The notes under the pieces are model-generated. The model was not told the DNA's origin and did no database searches. It was given only the letters and a program-made list of their open reading frames with translations. DNA of 44,246 nucleotides from Mesotaenium endlicherianum. Taxonomy: Eukaryota. Of the stretch, positions 1 through 12,011 are shown one piece after another. Made by a program: the position numbers and the translations under genes. The stretch spans positions 257,751 through 301,996 of the forward strand of contig WELA01002449.1 of NCBI GenBank assembly GCA_009602735.1, read 5' to 3'. Position 1 is the stretch's first letter; each line of letters opens with the position of its first letter.

Positions 1-309
1 GCCATCTCCCATCATCCCGAATAGCCATCCATCATAGGGATGTCATCTGGCTATTCATCTAGCATATCGCACTTAGATGCATATCAAGGCAGTTCGCTGC
101 TACCGAGTACGGAAGTCAGCTGGCTGTCAAAGAATGTGTCAGCAAGCTGACTTATATGGACTTCAGCCTGCTGCTTTCGGCTGAGTCATTAAACTGATAA
201 TTATGTAAAGTCCAGCAGACTGACTATTAACTAAAGTTCAGCCTGCTGAACTTAATTAACTATTACATTTAAATGAATATTATATCCACTAATATACTGA
301 TTCATTACA
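1..309 (-). mobile_element. Partial LTR copy (antiparallel), truncated by window start
   Basis: The reverse complement of 1-309 matches 1357-1666 with scattered substitutions. On the minus strand it begins TGTAATGAATCAG at 309, the same start as the copy at 1357. Confidence 0.7.
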
Positions 310-310
310 C

Positions 311-772
311 CCTGCCTTCTTCCAAAAGCCCACCAATTGGCGGTGGATGACCATCAACATGAGGGACCAGCAGAATGACAAGGCGACGGATGAGGATTTC
401 CTGACAGACCTAAAGGGGAACATAGTATTGCCCCCTCACATTGCGGCTTGGGACCCAAGATTGGATGGAGTCAGAGACTGCATGAGCCAAGAAATGGAGG
501 GGGACAGAAGCAGGGCCCGAGAGTCATTCTCAAAAGGGAAGCATGCTTATGCCAAATGGGCAAGCAAGAAGGGGGAAAAGGACTTGTATGCGGTCCGGAC
601 TCAGCAGCCCCCACCAGCACCCAAAAGGAATAGGTCAGTGGGATATTCTTTTTCTCGGGAAGAACTGGAGCAGCTGACAGAAGAGACCCCAAAAAGTCTC
701 AGAGGAACCCGGGGACGGAGAGGAGGAGGAGTCAGAGGAAGACGAGGAGGAAGGCGAGGAGGAGGACACTAG
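311..772 (+). CDS. Retroelement-associated ORF fragment of unknown function with C-terminal RGG-rich tail
   Basis: The frame is open from 311 (PAFFQKPTNWRW then M at 347) to TAG 770-772, ending RGTRGRRGGGVRGRRGGRRGGGH. It abuts the antiparallel LTR at its 5' end, consistent with interruption by that insertion. Confidence 0.4.
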   Translation, partial: PAFFQKPTNWRWMTINMRDQQNDKATDEDFLTDLKGNIVLPPHIAAWDPRLDGVRDCMSQEMEGDRSRARESFSKGKHAYAKWASKKGEKDLYAVRTQQPPPAPKRNRSVGYSFSREELEQLTEETPKSLRGTRGRRGGGVRGRRGGRRGGGH

Positions 773-779
773 CCCCGCC

Positions 780-1238
780 GTGATCCTGACACCTGCCACA
801 TCCCCTGTAAGGGAGAAGACGGGGTTGGCCCTGCAGCAACTCGCTGAAGAGGAGGATATCACTTGGCTGGGAACTGCCAAAGGACAAAGCCCATCTCCAG
901 GCACGGAGACCCAGTCAGACAGGGCAGACAGGAGGGCTCCTAGAGAAATAGCCAGAGGCCTGCCGGCATCTCCCTCGCAGAGAGGGCATGTACCCTTAGC
1001 TCATGTCATGCAACATCCTCCTGGGATGCCGGTATATGTACCGGTCAGTTTGAGGGATGCCCAGGAGAAGGCTGCCTCCATTCAGTTTCAGACCGTGCAG
1101 GAGGAAACAGCACAGTTACTGCGTTTTCCGCCGGGTCCTTACACGGAACCTCCTTCTCTGACAGGCTTCAGAAGACCCCAAGACAGGACGAGGTCTGGCT
1201 CCCCTGACCATAGGGCCCCAGGGGCATCTCCCTTCTAA
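780..1238 (+). CDS. Pro/Gln/Arg-rich ORF upstream of the PPT, possibly a frameshifted continuation of 311-772
   Basis: 152-codon open frame with coding-like composition, in a different frame from the upstream ORF; no recognisable domain. Confidence 0.3.
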   Translation: MILTPATSPVREKTGLALQQLAEEEDITWLGTAKGQSPSPGTETQSDRADRRAPREIARGLPASPSQRGHVPLAHVMQHPPGMPVYVPVSLRDAQEKAASIQFQTVQEETAQLLRFPPGPYTEPPSLTGFRRPQDRTRSGSPDHRAPGASPF

Positions 1239-1356
1239 GGGCGGAGGGCCAAGGGCATAGCATGCTGGATGGGAGAGGGATCAGTAATGTCAATTGGGGA
1301 AACCTATGTACCCTGTGTCAGTGTTGTCGAGGCGACAACATGTTAAGTTGGAGGGA

Positions 1357-2091
1357 TGTAATGAATCAGTATATTGGTTGATATAATATTCATTTAAATA
1401 TAACAGTTAAATAAGTTCAGCCTGCTGAACTCTAGTTAATAATCAGTCTGCTGGACTTTATATTTAATATCAGTTTAATGACTCAGCCAAAAGCAGCAGG
1501 CTGAAGTCAGCTTAAGTCAGCTTGCTGACACATTCTTTGACAGCCAGCTGACTTCCGTACTCGGTAGCAGCGAACTGCCTCGATATGCATCTAAGTGTGG
1601 TATGCTAGATGAATGGCCAGATGACATCCCTATGATGGATGGCGATTCGGGATGATGGGAGATGGCGGTGGATTTGGTTAACCGAGGTCCTACCAACGTG
1701 GTTAACTCCCGGGTAGGCGGTGCCATCGCACTGACCGTTGAACAGTAAACTCATTCCATGTACATATGCTAGGCATTGCTCTCGAGTTCGGCATTCGGAA
1801 ACGAGGCCAACTCTCTTGTATAGCTTACTGAGAGAGATCTGAATCCAAGGCGAGAAGCCATTGATACGCACCGTCTTCTAACCTTGCTTATGTATGAGTT
1901 TACTGAGTGCATTATTGATGCTAGTTTACTCGCATTTGATTTACGAGTGTTGTTCACTGCTAGTGTGTTGTCCTTTTGCCGTTTAATCATTTAACGGAAA
2001 ATCCATAAAGAGTACTTGCTGATAGAAAGATCTTTATTAATTGTTAATCGCCTATTTGGTAAGTCGATTCATTTCAATAGCCATCCCAACA
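1357..2091 (+). mobile_element. Probable 3' LTR of an LTR retrotransposon (Ty3/gypsy-like junction)
   Basis: Starts TGTAATG immediately after purine-rich AAGTTGGAGGGA (PPT-like, 1345-1356). A plausible end is ...CCCAACA at 2091 (TG...CA). The left boundary is confirmed by the second copy; the right boundary is inferred. Confidence 0.6.
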
Positions 2092-2614
2092 CCTCCATCC
2101 AAATAAAAATGCAATACGCGGGCTAGAGAAGTATGCTCATGCAACTAGCAACAAGTCCTTAGATACCACCAGGTTAGGTATCAAAAGCCTCAAAAATCGA
2201 CAAAAAAATGAAATGTTCAACACAAGTATTATAAGGGTACAATTGGCAAGAATATACACTTGCAACATTCATCTTTGCAGTAATGTTCTTCTATCCTTAT
2301 AATTTGGTTTAATTGTTGTACACGTTTTTTGTAAAAACGTAATAGACAGTAATTTGAAATTTAAATTTTTTGAATTACTACATGTGAAAAACACTTGGCA
2401 ACATCTATTCAAAAGATTTTAAAAGAATGACTGAAAATATTGTGTCGCTAAATTACCCCTTGTAATTACGCAAAACGTTGACGAGCACCAGTCAAAACCA
2501 TCACATGGCAAGAGAAAAATATCCTTCCTGTTGCATTTCGTCGAGAAGTACACAATGTAACTTCCACCAATTTCATGTATCGTTTCTCTCACTCTTTCGC
2601 GTTGTGATTCTCTT

Positions 2615-2724
2615 TTTGTGTCTTTCTCTCCAATCGACGACGCAGTTAAGTGTGTCATAATACCAAATAAATACAATAATAACATTGTGAAAAAGATCAT
2701 TGATGTTTACATGTTTATAATTCC
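2615..2724 (-). repeat. 110-bp inverted repeat, arm 1 (partner 10410-10519)
   Basis: Its reverse complement matches 10410-10519 with 3 mismatches by eye; both ORF-track peptides share KHVNINDLFHNVIIV.IWYYDTLNCVVDWRERHK. Confidence 0.9.
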
Positions 2725-3510
2725 AAATGCTTACTTTGATGTCCGTGACGAACACTTTTGCACGATGTTCGTTGAAGTATTTGTGGTCCATCTTAATGTA
2801 CATACAAACTACCTTCATTTTTTCACCTACACACATGACTTTAAGGATTTGACATGGATAATGATTGTAACCACTAATTTTTTGAAATTACTGATACAAA
2901 TAAAATTTTAATTTCATGATGAGAGATAGTAGAAGTGTTCTTAGATATATTCATACATTTTTAAAATTGAGATTTTTTGAGCATTTATATATAAATTTAT
3001 ATTAGAAAGGAAGCGTAGGTCTATAAAAATATGTACATGATGATGCAACAGTATAATTTTATTCGTACGCTTATTTACACTTAGATTGAACTAAACGTTA
3101 GAAGGGAAAGACGAGATTTGAAAAAATAAAAAATATGAACAAAATTTGTAAATTTCAAACTAATTTAGCTTACTAATTTCTCGTTTTTAAATATAAATAT
3201 TTTCATTTAAGTTTTAAGAAGTAACTTTTTAATTTAATTTATCTTGTCAAAAGTATTTTTCAATAAAATACATTCAGATTCACAACTTAAAATTATATAT
3301 TAAAATTATAATTATATTATCATTTTATTGGTAATGAACTCATACCTACAAATTTAATAAAGTGCTTGTATAAGAGTTCAAATACACCTTCGAATACATT
3401 AATATGTAATTCTATTTATTTTATCAATAAATGAACATCAACTACGTAAATAATACATAGCGCAATCACTAATTCATCGTCATTAAGCAACACATTTTTT
3501 GTATCACTGT
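2725..3510 (-). pseudogene. Decayed intronless gene-like segment, inverted paralog of ~13975-15005
   Basis: Shared blocks after reverse-complementing: AAAAATGTGTTGCTTAA (~3485 vs ~13980), AAGTGTAAATAAGCGTAC (~3070 vs ~14650), AAGATGGACCA (~2790 vs ~14935). Confidence 0.6.
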
Positions 3511-3589
3511 GATTCAAGAACATATAAAAAATAATAAAATTATTATGAAAATAAAATTTACACGTCAAACAACACAATATACAAACTTT

Positions 3590-3930
3590 TATAAAACGTG
3601 ACCACAATATTTGTTACATCAATTTTAACATTTTGCAACTGTTGTGAATGAATTCAAATCCAATGTATTCACTAATTGTGACTAATATTTTGGATGAAAC
3701 TCACGATATTAGATGTAGTACTTTCAAATATTGATCCTTAAGATCAATTTATATATAGGTAAAAGTAACATAATTTAGTTTACTTATATATATTTATATT
3801 TAATTTTTGTTTTTAAATATGTCAAAAAATATTCTAAAATACATATATAATACATAGTACATTATTGTAAAATGCCAATATTAAGGTAAATATTGACGTT
3901 ATCATTGATATGTATTTACACGTTTAAATA
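3590..3930. repeat. Degenerate dispersed repeat (paralogs at ~7535-7625 and ~13245-13575)
   Basis: AAAACGTGAC-ACAAT...AAATATTG-TC-T--AGATCAA-TTATAT shared with ~13245-13405; the ATTGTAAAAT...TTGAC block is shared by all three copies. Confidence 0.65.
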
Positions 3931-4884
3931 TAAAGATAGAATGTAAAATTTTAAATTCAAGTAAGTAAATTATATTATAAATCAATACAATTTTAAATTT
4001 AAATTTTTTCTTTATAGTAAAATTCTTTGATTAACATGTTATACAGAAAATAAATACATGGTTATTTAGCAAAATAAAAGTTATTTTGTAATAAGAAATT
4101 TATAAATTTTCTAAAATAGGTAATTTGTTATTTAACTTTCTAAACTTATAATAATATTGTTTTTTTAATTATAAGTTTTTGAACAACAAACATCATTTAA
4201 TCAATTTTTTAAATATAAACGCTTACGTAGCTTTTGAACAAAAAAAGAGTTATTGTCGCAAAAACGAAAAATTCCCAGATGCGTCGTCAAGTATTTCAAA
4301 ATTACAAAAACCTCTTTGTTGCAAAAATCCTGCTTGGTACTATCAATTTTTTTAGCACGGGTGTTTGGAATTGCCATATTTGTTGCACAAGTGTTGGATC
4401 TTACGTCCTCCTTTCAACGTTATTGCATTGTACCCTATAATTAAAAAATTAGTTGTTATAATTTTATATGTCCCACACAATAACTGACTCCGCCAAATGG
4501 GAGCTGCCAATTTGTTGGGTTGGAGTGGTCTAACGGAAGTCCACTGGTGCGGCATGTGTGGGACGACTGGACTTCTTGCAAGAGATGACGCCACGGGTTA
4601 ACAGACGCAGCCGTATGTCGTGGTGCGTCGTCACTGTTATGGGCAACGATGGTCTCAATGCACTCGTGGAAACAAGCACAACTGGAAGTGGAGGGCAACG
4701 TGGGGCATTGAATAACCTGTCCATGTCTTTGCTAGAATCTTTTGGTAGTTGAGAGTATTTGTAACAAGCATGCATGGAGGGGGCACTCTACCAGCCGTGC
4801 TTGATCTAAAAATCTCGCACATTGCTAATATATTAGTGATGGTTAACAATAGAGTGTTGTGACAACACAATGAACTTGTGTACG

Positions 4885-5043
4885 CGTCTCGCACATAAAC
4901 GAAGTTAACTGAACAAAGAATATTTCTTTTGCGGTTTACAAATCATGCGCGCAAACAATACGCGACAATCGTCTCGCACATGAATGAAATTAACCGAACA
5001 AAGAATATCTCTTTTGCGGTTTACAAATCATGCGCGCAAACAA
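4885..5043. repeat. Tandem duplication, 85-bp period, ~1.9 copies
   Basis: CGTCTCGCACAT...CTTTTGCGGTTTACAAATCATGCGCGCAAACAA starts at 4885 and 4970; the differences seen are transitions. Confidence 0.9.
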
Positions 5044-6512
5044 AACATAATGCATTTGCTCATTGCATATGTACCAAAATTGGGCAAAAGTAATGTGTAG
5101 ATATAATTTATATTTTAGTTTAGTAAACGCACCTTTTTTTCAAGCATCTCTATTCTAATATAAGCCATAGTGTACATCATTTTATATCTCTCTGCTATAC
5201 ATGTACTACAAATATATATGCATATATCTTTCTCTATAGTGTGTTACTTGCAAAAAAGAATGCATTTATCAAACTCATTTGAATGAACGACGTGGACGCA
5301 AAAACTTATCTTACAGAGTCACATACATGACCAAAAAATTCTCTCAATTTCAAAAGACTACTGTGAAAATGGGTCCAAATGACTGATTGAATTTATGTCA
5401 ATAATTGAAATTACTGTTGGGTTGGTGACTAGTCGACTTCCACCTCACTTCCACGTCGTAAACATGGTAGAGATGGATGCCACCTTCATTGTCAAGCATT
5501 GTCAAGGTATGGATCTTGTATGATTTTTGTGGCGCGCGTTGTATGACGCGACGTTTGGGCCGTGCATGGCATTTGATCAATGATGGGTTCTTCACCGTCA
5601 GCACTCTTGGCCCGGTTCGCGCGCTACTTTGAGAATTTTCCTGCACTTCAAGCGCCACCCACCAACCTGCAACAAGTGAAATGTTGAAGCAAATTCTACA
5701 AGAGCAGTCAATTCTCAAGTTCTATCACATTTCTTAGGCATTTAGTGACATCTTATTGTGAAGAAGACGCTGTTTGGAAGTTTGTTAGTATTTGACGTGG
5801 AAGAGGTAAGCTCTAAGTTCACATCGCTTGCTGTTTATTGCCAGCAGGATCTTCACCCAATTGTCAAATAATAAGTGATGAGCTTTGAGTAAAAAAAATA
5901 TTGGACTCTCGATGTAAAATTATCCTCATTTGAATCGGGTGCAGGTATTGAAACAAAACTCAAACAAGATGGGTTTGCGAAAGTGGGAGACAGATTGGTA
6001 AGCTGACTTCCTTATCTCTGCTACTTCGTTTGTGATACCAATTGAAGGAAACCTCTTTGTACAGGCAAATTCTGCATCTATTGACTATCTTCAATAGTGC
6101 ACTACTTTTGTGACTGCCAGGAAACAACCTTTTTTTGCCCTTTTTTTAGATTTTTCTGCTGCTGTAAATTGCTTGTTGCTTCACTAATCAAAGTCCAAAG
6201 AAAACAAATAGACAAGGTTATTAAGCCATTAAAGATGAGGTGTTTGTAGAAACTCCTCTACTCTGATACAGAAGAGTGCTAGACATCTTTACAAGATGAC
6301 CTCTGAGCCCATGCTTCTTGCATGTTAATAACTTTTCACTCGCTTGAGCACCGATGCAAGCAAAAATTGTACGTACAAGAGTTTGGTCTGGCACTCGTCG
6401 AACATATTTAGACGTAGTCAAGAGTCTCATTTTGGATTTTGTAATTTTAGCTTCTTGCAATGGCAAGCCTTGGAGAATTAGAATTGATCTACTCCTTGCC
6501 ACATTCTTGTAG

Positions 6513-6935
6513 TGATTGGGGAAGTTTGTGAGGGGCATGAGGGCAGCCACAGGGGTAGGAGGATCTGAAGGGGAGGAATTGCTCAGAGAAGAAGAGAGCA
6601 CTTAGATATTCCGGGTGAGTAAGACTGCATGAATTACCATCAATTTATTTGATTGTATGCTTGTTTTGAGATCTCAATGTACATACAAGAACTTATCATG
6701 TCACATGTCACATGTGCAACACATCGACATGTAGTCAACAGGCTACTCTTGGCCTCTGTGAAGCTTGCATATTGCGACTGCATGCATTGAAGTAAATGAA
6801 TTGATCCTTGTCCCACGCCACGCTTCTACTCAGTAATCAGGGACGTCTCTGAGGGGCATGTGGGCAGCCGCAGAAGTAGGAGACTCTGGAAGGGAGGAAT
6901 TACACAGGGAAGAAGGTAGAACCTGCAAATCCCGG
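6513..6935 (+). pseudogene. Two tandem paralogous 102-nt exons (6513-6614, 6834-6935) of a decayed spliced gene
   Basis: Both are bounded by AG and GTGAGT, have the same length and align over their length (321-bp period); stop codons occur in all frames. Confidence 0.55.
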
Positions 6936-9900
6936 GTGAGTAAATCTGCACGATTTTAATTCTCATTTTTAATTCAATGCTTCATTTCATGTTTCAATAT
7001 TTGTTGGAAATGAGATCTCTCTACCAAAACAGCCGAAATCATTCACTCATCGTCAAACTAGAGATGAGAGTTTTTCACCTGCCTCTAAGATGCATGTCCT
7101 CTTGTCAATTTGGAATGAGGGCAATGCCTCTTCACAGCAAGTAATGCACTGATGTATAAGATTTTTTGGATCGGGGGAGCGGCACTGCAGGTTGCTCGGG
7201 GGGAGATGTGAAGACCATGGCTTCAAGTTTGCGCGACTGTTGCCTGCAATTTGAGAATTTTCCGCCTCGCCGTGGCACGGGTGACACGTAGGCAAGTAGA
7301 TTGTACAGGCCATCGGTCAGGGCTACTGCTGCGATCTCGAAGTACGTCCGTGCCGTTGCTCTGGATAAGAAGAGGTCCTTAGCATCATTAGCTGCATGGG
7401 TCGGCTCCCTTCCAACGTTGTTGCATTGTACCCTAGAATTCAAATTAAATTAATTGTTATAATCTAATCTGCTCAATTTTATTGATTCACATTGTCATAT
7501 AAATGTTTTGATTTCTCATATTATAAAAAATAATGAAACACACACACGATTTATTGTATATTATTGTAAAATATTAATATCAACAATACAAATATTGACA
7601 CCACTATTGATATATATTTATATTTTTTAATTATAACATCAAAAATAATTTCTAAAAGAATATACAGTCATTATACTCAATAGTGTATGCGTAAATATGC
7701 TAAAATAAAAAATATATAGATCTTTATAAAATTATGTATTGTAATTTTTCAAATCTTGAAGCATAATATCATATTAAATGTTTTGAAAATATGATAGCAT
7801 CACACAATAAAAATTAAGTGGAAAAATTTGACTTCAATACTAACTAAGTTTGATTTTTTTTTTTATTAAAAAAATTATTTTAAATTTTTTAAGAATTATC
7901 TAAAAAATAAGTCAAAATAATATAACATAAAATGAACAACAAAAACAAAGTAATTTAAATTGTGAATGACATTGTTATTGTAAGTTAAAGATACTTTTTT
8001 TTGATGATTTAAAAATAATATCGTATAACAAAATAATTTTCATTTATATTTTTATAAAGCTAATTTGATGTAATTTTTAAAAATATTTATGAATTATTGA
8101 TACATAATAATATTATATTAAAAATAATACTACATTAAAATTTACTAAGTAAATATTTATATATAATACTATTTTATTTCATTACATGTATAATTAGTTT
8201 GTAATATATGTAGGTTAAAAAATTTTCACATCTAATAAATTTTTAAAACAAATCATTATGACATTTATACGTCAAAGTAAAAATCTTTCGTATACGTGGA
8301 ATTTTATTTCATGATAGTTAATAATCTCATAGAGACTTGGTGGTAAATACAACTATCATTTTTATTTTTCATGAAAGTTTGTGCTCGTGCGCAAAAAACT
8401 TTACATTGTGACAAGTTGCATTTGAACAGTTAACTTTAGTGAATTGGATGTCAATTTTTTTTGATGGTGATTTTAATAATACTTGTTATTATTGAAAAAA
8501 ATAATATAGTGAAAATTAATCCTAATATAATTAAAAATACTATATAAAAATATTTTCATTCATAATACAAATATATGTCGTATAATGTTCCTCCAAATCA
8601 CAAAAATGATGTTCTTCCAAATCTTCAAATTAAGTTGTGACAAATCACATTTAACTCTAGATAGACGATGGAACCAATATTGGTTCCAGAACCAAAAATG
8701 TGCTCATAAATAGCCTACTTTTTACAGGGTCAAACATGAACTTTTTCTAATCAAAATAAGCTAAAAATGGTACCTCCAGAAACGTTATAATTTGAATCGT
8801 ATCGAAAAATTCTATATAGGGAAATCCGACAATTTCCGTGGAAGTTATGCATGTTTCTCGGTCATGAACAGAGCAGATGAAGCTTCTATTTTTGCCTTTG
8901 AAATTGCATGTTTCTTCCTCCGAGTTCTTGCTTCTTGCAAACTAGAGCAGCCACGGTTACCATTGCTTCTTTGTCCACAGGTCCTGTCATAGGCGTAGAT
9001 ATTAAAATACTAACGCTTAGCAAAATATGGGGTGCTACGTGGGCACGGCAAAAGTTCGGAGAGCATTTTGAAAAATTGTTTTTGTCAGTCATCTTATCAA
9101 AAATAACATTATATAAATAATAATTTTACATTAAAGACACTGCGAGAATGATATATTATACGACCAAAAACACAGAAAAAAATAATAATGTTCATGATAC
9201 ATAAAACTAACCAAAAAAAAACTACTTCATATAAGCAAAACAACATACATTATATTATAGTGAAATTATTTTTTGACAAATAACGCATATTCCTTTTTTT
9301 TGATTTTTGAGAATGATTGGTTTAGATATGTGTTATTATTTAATATTGAAAACGCTGACAAGACTATCCGTTTGCATTTGACAACATTGAATTGTTACAC
9401 TTATTCTAAGAGATGAAAAAATAAACCATGCGACTTCACTCAACAACTTCACTCAACATTTTTTGATACAAATTGCAATTTGTTTTTGAAATCTACTAGC
9501 TAAAAAATTCCCCATCAATTGATGTGACTTAAATTGGTGGAAGAAATTTGTGACAGTAAATATATAACACCTTTTGTTTATCGTCAACAAGCAGTAGACA
9601 ATATTTACGCTACAATTTCAATTTTACTTTCATTTCACATGCAACATTTCTTCACTACGATTGTTTTGCGTAGAAAGCAGCAGTAACTATGAGAATAAGA
9701 ACGAATAATGTGCAACGAGAGCAAAAGAAACAAGTATAACAGCAACATTTTTTTTGTAAACGCATGGTATAAGGTACTGGCATTACATCAGTCAAAGAGG
9801 AGGAGAGAGAGAGTGATAAGAGGTCACAAATAGAAAGAGAGAGAGAAGATGAGAGTATTTTTATGAGGCATTGATCAACGTCAAACAAATAGATGAAGTA

Positions 9901-10409
9901 GAGCATTCGACACGAGCAAAAGCCTGGTGAATTTAGCATAATTATATTGTTTTGTTTATTCTGCATTGTGAAAATGCCTTATTTCTTTTGTATGTGTTTT
10001 TTTTTTTTTTTGTATCCATAAGGGGGAAAATATGTACATACGGCTAGCATGCAATTTAAAGTGGATGGAAGTCAAATTTGTCACGTGAAGAGGGAGACAC
10101 ATATTAAAAAACTAAGACATTTTCACAATGCAAAAGAAATAAAGCGGGCGGATAGAAGGATAGTAACTGTTAACAGACACGGTATACGAGTTAGTTGCAG
10201 GTGGCCGTATCCACTACTCAACGAGGTGGAACAAGAAGAATAAATCCTCTTCTGTTGTTGGTTTTGATTGGTCCTCGTCGGCATTGTGCATAATCGTAAA
10301 ACGACTCAATTACACAAACTTTTTGTCAATTTCCATCACTTCGTATTGCATACAGTGCAATATGAAAGTTTGCTAAAGTTTTTCTCCTCATTTCTTGTAT
10401 TGCTTCTGA

Positions 10410-10519
10410 GGAATTGTAAACATGTAAATATCAATGATCTTTTTCACAATGTTATTATTGTAATTATTTGGTATTATGACACACTTAACTGCGTCGTCGA
10501 TTGGAGAGAAAGACACAAA
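10410..10519 (+). repeat. 110-bp inverted repeat, arm 2 (partner 2615-2724)
   Basis: See arm 1. Confidence 0.9.
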
Positions 10520-10980
10520 CCAATACTCAATTCAGTACAAGCATAATAAATTTATTCACATCAATTCACGTTTTTATTTTATCATCTGCTTAAAAAGACA
10601 CGCATGTATGAGCATTATTTTTAACTTTTAAATATTTATCTACTGACATAACATGGAAGTAGTTTCAAATTTAATGTGCTTTGGTGAAAAATTTGAGAGA
10701 AAATCATGTGAAATACATTGAAGTAAGTCAAAAATATTTTAGCAAGTACCATGCAAAATTGTCCCCCATATACATGAAAAGAATTAATTGAGTTTTATAA
10801 TTTTTTGAAGATCTTGTTGTTGTCACAAAAGTGTAATTTGACAATGTAGAGTTAGGTACAAATGACACCTTAATGAAGCGATTTGACTATTCAAACATGT
10901 ATGGGTTCAAAAGCATGTAACACCACAAAATAACTTTGAAAAAGCTTTAAAAGTTATGAAAGATCGCGAATCTTCACAAA

Positions 10981-11273
10981 TCATGCCTCGATTTGAGCGA
11001 TGATCTACATTGTTGATTTGGACCATTTCGAAAAAAAAAACCTCATTAAAATGTAGTCATACATTTGGTTGAATATCATTTAGTATTTTTGACAAAAATG
11101 AGACATAACAATTTGAATTTCAAAAATTCATGCCTCAATTCGAGCGATGATCTACATTGTTGACTTGGACCATTTCAAAAACAAAACTCATTAAAATGTG
11201 ATCATACATTTGTTGAGTATCATTTAAAGTTTTTGACAAAAATGAGTCACATAACAATTTGTATTTTAAAGAT
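10981..11273. repeat. Tandem duplication, ~147-bp period, 2 copies
   Basis: TCATGCCTC...GAGCGATGATCTACATTGTTGA-TTGGACCATTTC starts at 10981 and 11128. Confidence 0.9.
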
Positions 11274-11618
11274 TCATTGTGTATAGAAACAAATTTATTA
11301 TAATAGACTACATTCCAAATATGTTACATTTGTGAAATTTTGGTAAATGTTGACCTTTGACGTCAAATATTTTTGTTAGAAGTGAGACTCATGGATCTTT
11401 GTAAAATTGAATTTTTAGCACGGTGGTTTTTTGTGTGCTATACTCATATGTGTAAGTGGAATCTAACTTCCATGAACAGTCATGCAACCAAAAAACAACA
11501 TACCCTTCATCACAAAAAATATACAAAATAACTCTTTAGTGCATGGTATATGCAAATTAGAGTGCAATGACCATTTAAGTTTTTTTCTATCAGGTCTTGC
11601 ATGGCGAATATTGATAAT

Positions 11619-12011
11619 ATTTTGAAAAAAAAGGAAGAAAAAATTTAAAGATGAAAAAATTGAACTTTCACATGATAAGTGGTTTGACTGACACTTGAAG
11701 ATGGTATCTTTTACTTTGTTACACTTTTTGAACAAATAAAAAATTCCTAAATTCTTAGGGTTTCCTCTGAAATTAAGTAAACATTTTGAAAAAAAAAGAA
11801 GAAAAAATTTAAAGATGAAAAAATTGAACTTTCACATCATAAGTGGTTTGACTGACACTTGAAGATGGAAAGTGGTATGACTGACACTTGAAGATGGAAA
11901 AAACAAGTAATAGCTCTTAAATAAAACTGATTGGTATCTTTTACTTTGTTACACTTTTTGAACAAATAAAAAATTCCTAAGTTCTTAGGGTTTCTCTGAA
12001 ATTAAGTAACA
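11619..12011. repeat. Near-identical tandem duplication (~165-bp and ~228-bp units)
   Basis: AAATTTAAAGATGAAAAAATTGAACTTTCACAT...TTCTTAGGGTTT...GAAATTAAGTAA occurs twice; the second unit carries extra sequence including a repeated TGACTGACACTTGAAGATGG. Confidence 0.9.

Noticed and set aside
3416..3607. Kinase catalytic-loop lookalike HSDTKNVLLNDD
   Set aside because: The spacing differs from HRDLKxxN, no DFG follows, and the paralog near 13980 does not keep the HxD.
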